Assembly: GCA_047611865.1 (NCBI GenBank)
Contig: JBLFWS010000099.1
Span: 1 to 12,604, forward strand
Length of the DNA stretch: 12,604 bases
Source of the DNA: Chlamydiales bacterium
GTDB taxonomy: Bacteria; Chlamydiota; Chlamydiia; Chlamydiales; JBDQID01
Direction: 5' to 3'
Of the stretch, positions 7,293 through 12,604 are shown one piece after another (position 1 is the first letter of the stretch; each line of letters opens with the position of its first letter). The translations under genes were made by a program, and so were the position numbers. The notes under the pieces are model-generated. The model was not told where the DNA came from. It did no database searches and saw only the letters and a list, made by a program, of their open reading frames with translations.

Positions 7293-8072
7293 GTGACCTC
7301 CCTATTTTCTGTAGATACTATAGAAGACAGTTCCAAGCTTTTTTCAGCAGAGCAATTACTTTCTCTGGATCCCACAAATATCCCAAACCATGTGGCTATT
7401 ATCATGGATGGAAATCGTCGTTGGGCAAAAAAACGCTTCTTTTCTACAGTCTTAGGACACTCAAAAGGTGTCGATGCTCTTATGGATTCTGTCAAAGCAG
7501 CCAAAGACTTAGGGGTAAAGGTCCTCACTGTTTATGGTTTCTCTACTGAAAATTGGAAACGCTCCAAGCTCGAAGTTAAGATTCTTCTGGATATCTTTGA
7601 GCAAGCATTGTTAAAACACACTGAGCCAATGACTCAAAATGGAGTTCGCCTCCACAGTATAGGTGATGTATCTCCTTTCCCCCCTAGATTTATCAAAATG
7701 CTTGAAGAAAGTAAAAAACGCACTTCACACTGTGAAGGCATTGACCTTGTCCTCGCTCTGAATTATGGAGGACGAGACGAACTCCGAAGAGCCCTGACTT
7801 CCATAGCTGACGACTTAGAAACGGGGAAACTCAATAAAAATCAAATTGACGAACAGCTGATTAGCAGTTACCTTGATACTGCTCAATGGAAAGACCCCGA
7901 CTTATTGATTCGGACCAGCGGAGAAAACAGAGTTAGTAACTTCCTTTTATGGCAACTATCGTACACTGAACTCTACGTTACCAATCGCTTATGGCCGGAC
8001 TTTTCCCCTCAAGATCTTTTAGAAGCTATAGTAGAATATCAAAACCGCGAACGTAGATTAGGAGAAGGATAA
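7293..8072 (+). CDS. uppS: Undecaprenyl diphosphate synthase (cis-isoprenyltransferase)
   Basis: HVAIIMDGNRRWA, FSTENWKR, ALNYGGRDE, DPDLLIRTSGENRVSNFLLWQLSYTE. GTG start with AAAGGA upstream. Confidence 0.97.
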   Translation: MTSLFSVDTIEDSSKLFSAEQLLSLDPTNIPNHVAIIMDGNRRWAKKRFFSTVLGHSKGVDALMDSVKAAKDLGVKVLTVYGFSTENWKRSKLEVKILLDIFEQALLKHTEPMTQNGVRLHSIGDVSPFPPRFIKMLEESKKRTSHCEGIDLVLALNYGGRDELRRALTSIADDLETGKLNKNQIDEQLISSYLDTAQWKDPDLLIRTSGENRVSNFLLWQLSYTELYVTNRLWPDFSPQDLLEAIVEYQNRERRLGEG

Positions 8073-8075
8073 ATT

Positions 8076-8939
8076 ATGGATACGGGCAAACTCAAACAAC
8101 GTGCCATAGTCTCCTCACTGTCTCTCACCCTCTTAATTATCACTCTCTGCCTCTCCTACCATGCGATCTTCAAATATCTCGTTATCGCAATATTCGCTTC
8201 ATGCATCGCTCTTGCACTATGGGAATTTTACCAGCTCGCCCTTCATAAAGGTTTTAACCCTAGTATAAAACTAGGTGTTGCCTCTGCTGTTTTCTATTCT
8301 TTCGCAACATTTGCTGAAACCCAGAACACTATTTTTCACAATTATTCCCAATTTGCCTTTGCTCTTGCTCTTTTTGCCATTTTTATTCGCCATTTCATCA
8401 AAAGAGAAGATGCCATCGCCAACCTTTCCATAAGTTCGTTTGGCTTTCTTTATGTTGCAGTGTCCTTAAGCTTTCTCATTCAGATTCTTCACTACTTCCC
8501 TGAGCCTAATGTCACCAACGGTCGCTGGTGGTTTATTTACTTACTAGCCGTCACAAAAGTGACTGATACGGGAGCCTACTTCACAGGTTCTTACTTAGGA
8601 AAAAGAAAGCTAGCTCCTCATCTAAGCCCCGGTAAAACCATTGAAGGTGCTGTAGGTGGCCTGGTTTCCGGTATCATTGCCAGTCTCATCCTTTTCTACC
8701 TAAGCAGAATGAACCAAGCCCTACCTTTACACTTCACCCTGATCCAAGCCATAGGCCTAGGTGCCGTACTATCTATTTCTGGCCAAGCTGGCGACCTGGG
8801 AGAATCACTATTAAAACGTGATGCATCTGTCAAAGACAGCAACACCTTGCCTGGTCTTGGTGGCATGCTCGACACGGTCGACTCCCTATTGTTTACAGGA
8901 CCCATACTCTATCTTTTCCTTGAGGCTACTACACCATGA
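8076..8939 (+). CDS. cdsA: Phosphatidate cytidylyltransferase (CDP-diacylglycerol synthase)
   Basis: Polytopic hydrophobic protein with DTGAYFTG, LSPGKTIEGAVGG, GDLGESLLKRDASVKDS and GGMLDTVDS; canonical position after uppS. Confidence 0.96.
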   Translation: MDTGKLKQRAIVSSLSLTLLIITLCLSYHAIFKYLVIAIFASCIALALWEFYQLALHKGFNPSIKLGVASAVFYSFATFAETQNTIFHNYSQFAFALALFAIFIRHFIKREDAIANLSISSFGFLYVAVSLSFLIQILHYFPEPNVTNGRWWFIYLLAVTKVTDTGAYFTGSYLGKRKLAPHLSPGKTIEGAVGGLVSGIIASLILFYLSRMNQALPLHFTLIQAIGLGAVLSISGQAGDLGESLLKRDASVKDSNTLPGLGGMLDTVDSLLFTGPILYLFLEATTP

Positions 8940-9610
8940 TCATTACCATTGACGGTCCTGCAGGATCAGGAAAAAGCTCTGTAGCAAAAAATCTAGCTGA
9001 GAAAATCGGTTATATTTTCTTTGATTCAGGAGCCATGTACCGTGCTGTGACCTACGGACTCATAAAAGAAGATATCGACCCTCATAACAGCGAACTTCTC
9101 TCACAATTTCTCCAAAATTTCAACTATTCTATTTCCTCTGAAGCGGGAGAAAAAATATACCATGTTAATGGAGAGGATGTGACGCAACATATTCGCTCTC
9201 GGATTGTTACAAATCGCGTTTCTGAAATCGCAGCCATTGCCGAAGTCCGCAACTCTCTTGTCCATATTCAACGCAATTGTGCAAAAGATGTTAACGCCGT
9301 TTTTGAAGGAAGGGATATGGGCACTGTCGTCTTCCCCAAGGCGCAACTAAAAGTTTTCCTCATTGCCAGCCCTCGAGTCAGAGCAGAAAGACGTTTTAAT
9401 GAAATCATGGCAAAAAATTCAGAAGAAGCAAAAGCCTTATCACTCAAGCAGGTAGAGGATGACATCATCCGACGCGACCACCTTGACTCCACCCGAGAGC
9501 ATTCTCCCCTCCGGGAACCTGAAAATGCCAAGGTTATTGACACTTCTAATCTTAGTATTGCCGAAGTTATCAAAAAGATCATCGATTACAAAGATGAGAT
9601 CAATAAGTAA
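8936..9610 (+). CDS. cmk: Cytidylate kinase
   Basis: IITIDGPAGSGKSS P-loop, DSGAMYRA, EGRDMGTVVFP, RAERR, RRDHLDSTREHSPL, IDTS. ATGA overlap with the cdsA stop. Confidence 0.97.
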   Translation: MIITIDGPAGSGKSSVAKNLAEKIGYIFFDSGAMYRAVTYGLIKEDIDPHNSELLSQFLQNFNYSISSEAGEKIYHVNGEDVTQHIRSRIVTNRVSEIAAIAEVRNSLVHIQRNCAKDVNAVFEGRDMGTVVFPKAQLKVFLIASPRVRAERRFNEIMAKNSEEAKALSLKQVEDDIIRRDHLDSTREHSPLREPENAKVIDTSNLSIAEVIKKIIDYKDEINK

Positions 9611-9725
9611 GCTTTTCTCCTGTCCTCGCCTGATTAGGAGTTGGCTCAGGAACTATCAAGAAATAACTTGGATACCTTGGGATGCTGAAACCCTCCAAAA
9701 AGACCAAATTATCTCTTAATGCTTC

Positions 9726-10400
9726 CTACCCTACTGGCTTCTTGTTCAGGCAACAAAGTAGATCACCTTTCTCAACTGTGACAGAAAACTTGTTTGAAGT
9801 GCATTGATTGGATATACCTAAAAAATTTTTATGCATGGAAGCCTTTTCCAGCTCCCACTTTAACCCAACTGTACTAATCCCCTCCACCTTACCATTAAAA
9901 GGAATAAGGGACACCGTCTGACCTTTCTGACAGCTTAGCTCCGTAGTCCTATTTACCACAAAAGCCAGCTCACCTTCTGTCTCCAAGAAAACTTTTCCTG
10001 GATAACGCGTCAATAGGATCACATTTCCAAGCAAATGATCCAGCCTTCCACCCAAAGCCCCGTATACATAAGCTCTTTGAACATCACCTTGAAAAACTAA
10101 TTCCAGCGCCAGCTCTAAATCTGTCTCATCTTTTTCCACAGGAAAAAAAACTGTCCGCACATGAGAGTAAACTTTTAAAAGATCCTGGGGAATAGAATCG
10201 AGATCTCCCACAATTAGCTCAGGAGTAATCCCTAAGACATGGCAGTGGACTAAACCTCCGTCCACCGCGACAACTCCTTTATGAGAGAGCAAGAAATTCG
10301 CTGTTACCTCTCTATCACCTATCTCACCACTTGCAACTAAGGCCTTTGTCGTACCAGTGAAAAATTCACGCGCTGCCTCAAACTGGCCCACTATCACCAT
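9726..10400 (-). CDS. thiN: Thiamine pyrophosphokinase
   Basis: VAVDGG, PELIVGDLDSI, EKDETDLELAL, GALGGRLDHLLGN, VSLIP, GLKWEL, GISN. The ATG lies 23 bp inside the upstream gene, so the exact start is uncertain. Confidence 0.93.
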   Translation of the reverse strand: MVIVGQFEAAREFFTGTTKALVASGEIGDREVTANFLLSHKGVVAVDGGLVHCHVLGITPELIVGDLDSIPQDLLKVYSHVRTVFFPVEKDETDLELALELVFQGDVQRAYVYGALGGRLDHLLGNVILLTRYPGKVFLETEGELAFVVNRTTELSCQKGQTVSLIPFNGKVEGISTVGLKWELEKASMHKNFLGISNQCTSNKFSVTVEKGDLLCCLNKKPVG

Positions 10401-12537
10401 CCGCCCAGTTTACGGCAGCAGCAATATCTGTTGGATCTTGCGCCCCCTTCACTCCAAACATAGCCCTCGCAGCCTTGACAGCCCCGTCTGCGCCTCCCTT
10501 TGAACCCCAAACGACACCTGAATAATCTGGTCCCATCCTTGCCAAAGCGCCGATGGTGGCGAATATATAGCCCGAAGCTTTCATGCTGTCCACCATGCTA
10601 AAGAAAGTAGAAAAGTCAGCAAGAAAAACTGTTTGACCTTGATAAAACCCTAGCCCTTTGTATTTCTTTTTATCTACAATCAGCCCTTCCCCAACAAGAC
10701 GCTTTTCTGTCTCAGTGAACATTGAGCTAGGTGCTTCAAAATTAAAGCCTATATCTTTAACAACGGTCACTATCTGATGTCTTGGGAACTTATCACGAAC
10801 TAATTTCGTATGTTTTCCCTGCTGATCATCAAAAACGAGAAATAATGTTTCCTGACGTACATCTTCTGTGGTATGCGTCAAAAATTCGATCACATCTTTT
10901 TCTTTCCATATTCGATCAATCGGAATTTCCATATCTAACTTAATCACAGACTTCAGACACTGGTCATTCAGATAACGCTTAATGGCTTCATAATTTCCAA
11001 GAAAAGTACCGCTACAACCAACGTCTGTTAATCCCACAATACGATGAGAAAGGGGTAAGCTCAGATAGGCTTCTTTATATGCAGCATCCCCTTCACTCGC
11101 AACAACCACCAAATGTAAAGCCTTTTTCAGTTGAGGAGATCCTGGAGTGAACAGGTCTGTGCTCCAAATGTCGTGAGGATTAATGCTTGCGAGTTTACTG
11201 CCTGTCCAGTATCCAAAAAATTTATTACAGACCATATCTGAAAGAGCATTCGGAATTTTATTAACAATAAAATCCGTTCTCAAATTAACTTTTCTCAACA
11301 AAACGTCGTACTCTTCCTGCGACCTAAAATCTTCAAGATAGCTATCTGCAATGCCGACAGGAACAATATAAGGATTTATATCCAATTTAAGATCTCTTTG
11401 CCTTTGCTCCCTTTCTCCCCCTCTATCAAACAACTTCCTTCTTTCATCAGCCCTACGTTTTTGCCTTTCTACTTTTGCTGCCGCCTGTTCTTCTTCAGTT
11501 AATGAGCCTCCTGCTACTTCAGGTTCTTTAGGTTTTTGAGGAATAGGCTCTTCTTTTGGATCCCTTTTTCTGGCCACTTCAGGCTCTTTATCAACTTCGA
11601 TCTTCTCTGTTTTTTCCAATTCCTTTTCCTCAGGACTCCCCGCCTTAGGAACCTCCACATGCCTTTGCACATGAACTTCGTCAAGATTCCCAGCAATCTG
11701 CTCTAAGCCTTCACGGACTTTCTCATCTATCAACTGATTCATTTTTCGAATCCTGTCTGCCATAATAATGGCAAGCTTCGCAAAAACCTTTTGCCGCAAT
11801 ACATAGCTTGTATCACTGAAGATATGTTTACCCACTTCAAGAACTATACAATCATTAGCCGCTACACACCATGCTGAACGTGTACAATTGTCAAGTATGG
11901 CCATTTCTCCGAAAGGACTCCCTGCTCCAACAGGAATATCAATAATTGTATGATCTTGTCTAAAAATAATGACCATTACCTTCCCTTGCAAAAGCACAAA
12001 GAAATTGTCTGCAGGGTCTCCTTTCGTAATGATCTCCTCTCCAGCCTCAAACCTACGAGGAGCCGAAACGGCATACATAGCCTCACATTCTTCCTCTGAA
12101 AATTCGCTAAAGAATTCCGACTCTCTAATTAAGGCCTTAAGATTTGGTAATTTAACACTCCTTAAACAACTTTCCAAAGCCTTCTTAGCATCCTCAATTT
12201 CTGCAAGAGGATCCATAAGGACAGAAGCACCTGCAATGATTAAACTCCGAACAAATTCAGAATCCTCGGACTTTGTTTTAAGGATAAAAGGGATCTCTCG
12301 ATCAGGACAGTGCAATTTTAAAAAAGTAATGATCTTAGGAGCTGTCGTACCAGCAAAATAGTCAGAAATAACAACTATATGAAATTCTTCATCAGCAAGT
12401 CTCTGCCCAGCTTTCTTAAAATCACTCTCTGACTGAACATCATTTAATCCTACTTCCTTAAATACGCTCTCTATCCTGACCCTTGAATCAGTATCAGGCT
12501 CAACAATTAAGACATTCAGCTCCCCAAAATCTTTCAC
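10378..12537 (-). CDS. Multidomain signalling protein: degenerate receiver (REC) domain + cyclic-nucleotide-binding domain + charged linker + ~320-aa unrecognised C-terminal domain
   Basis: REC-like: NVLIVEPD, FHIVVISDY, IPFILKT, AGAS. cNMP: FFSEFSEEE, GEEIITKGDPADNFFVLLQGKV, FGEMAIL, TRSAW. E/K/P/R-rich linker follows. GTG start with GGAGA upstream. Confidence 0.85.
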   Translation of the reverse strand: MKDFGELNVLIVEPDTDSRVRIESVFKEVGLNDVQSESDFKKAGQRLADEEFHIVVISDYFAGTTAPKIITFLKLHCPDREIPFILKTKSEDSEFVRSLIIAGASVLMDPLAEIEDAKKALESCLRSVKLPNLKALIRESEFFSEFSEEECEAMYAVSAPRRFEAGEEIITKGDPADNFFVLLQGKVMVIIFRQDHTIIDIPVGAGSPFGEMAILDNCTRSAWCVAANDCIVLEVGKHIFSDTSYVLRQKVFAKLAIIMADRIRKMNQLIDEKVREGLEQIAGNLDEVHVQRHVEVPKAGSPEEKELEKTEKIEVDKEPEVARKRDPKEEPIPQKPKEPEVAGGSLTEEEQAAAKVERQKRRADERRKLFDRGGEREQRQRDLKLDINPYIVPVGIADSYLEDFRSQEEYDVLLRKVNLRTDFIVNKIPNALSDMVCNKFFGYWTGSKLASINPHDIWSTDLFTPGSPQLKKALHLVVVASEGDAAYKEAYLSLPLSHRIVGLTDVGCSGTFLGNYEAIKRYLNDQCLKSVIKLDMEIPIDRIWKEKDVIEFLTHTTEDVRQETLFLVFDDQQGKHTKLVRDKFPRHQIVTVVKDIGFNFEAPSSMFTETEKRLVGEGLIVDKKKYKGLGFYQGQTVFLADFSTFFSMVDSMKASGYIFATIGALARMGPDYSGVVWGSKGGADGAVKAARAMFGVKGAQDPTDIAAAVNWADGDSGPV

Positions 12538-12604
12538 AGTGACTTCTCCAGATTTTTTGGGTTGACCCTTTTTCCAGGTAGAGGGGATAGATAAAAAAAC
12601 TTTT

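Noticed and set aside
7268..9582. Minus-strand ORFs within uppS, cdsA and cmk (7268-7528, 8696-8905, 9101-9346, 9268-9582)
   Set aside because: Antisense shadows of well-supported housekeeping genes.
9459..9719. 86-aa plus-strand ORF overlapping the cmk 3' end (or a shorter version as a plsC remnant)
   Set aside because: No acyltransferase NHxSxxD motif or other recognisable feature; largely out-of-frame overlap with cmk.
9611..9725. Possible bidirectional terminator between cmk and thiN
   Set aside because: Only short 4-5 bp stems (TCCTG/CAGGA, TCCT/AGGA) without an adjacent U-tract.
11514..12361. ORFs 11514-11696 (-) and 11969-12361 (+) inside the cNMP gene
   Set aside because: Alternate-frame or antisense to a gene with clear domains; the basic composition of the first reflects the purine-rich linker.
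12562..12593. Divergent promoter starting at TTGACC near the right edge
   Set aside because: No acceptable -10 at 16-18 bp spacing, and the downstream context is outside the window.

Overview
Chromosomal segment of an AT-rich bacterium, most likely an environmental member of Chlamydiota. This is inferred from the LepA '[11 protein letters not shown]' variant, the gnd-lepA adjacency and the uppS-cdsA-cmk block. Gene order: partial SmpA/BamE-like small ORF, guanine/nucleoside deaminase, gnd, lepA and an orphan NitT/TauT-type ABC ATPase (all +); a cluster of CTAG-bounded palindromic (RPE/MITE-like) repeats; FkbM methyltransferase (+); elbB (-); a divergent intergenic region with a sigma70-type promoter and a ~105-nt rod-shaped candidate ncRNA; uppS-cdsA-cmk (+); then thiN (-) downstream of a 719-aa receiver-like + cNMP-binding + unrecognised-domain protein (-). 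The least explained features are the palindromic element with strand-biased G-U pairing, the candidate structured RNA before uppS, and the cNMP sensor protein overlapping thiN. All alignments and folds were done by eye; no database searches were run.
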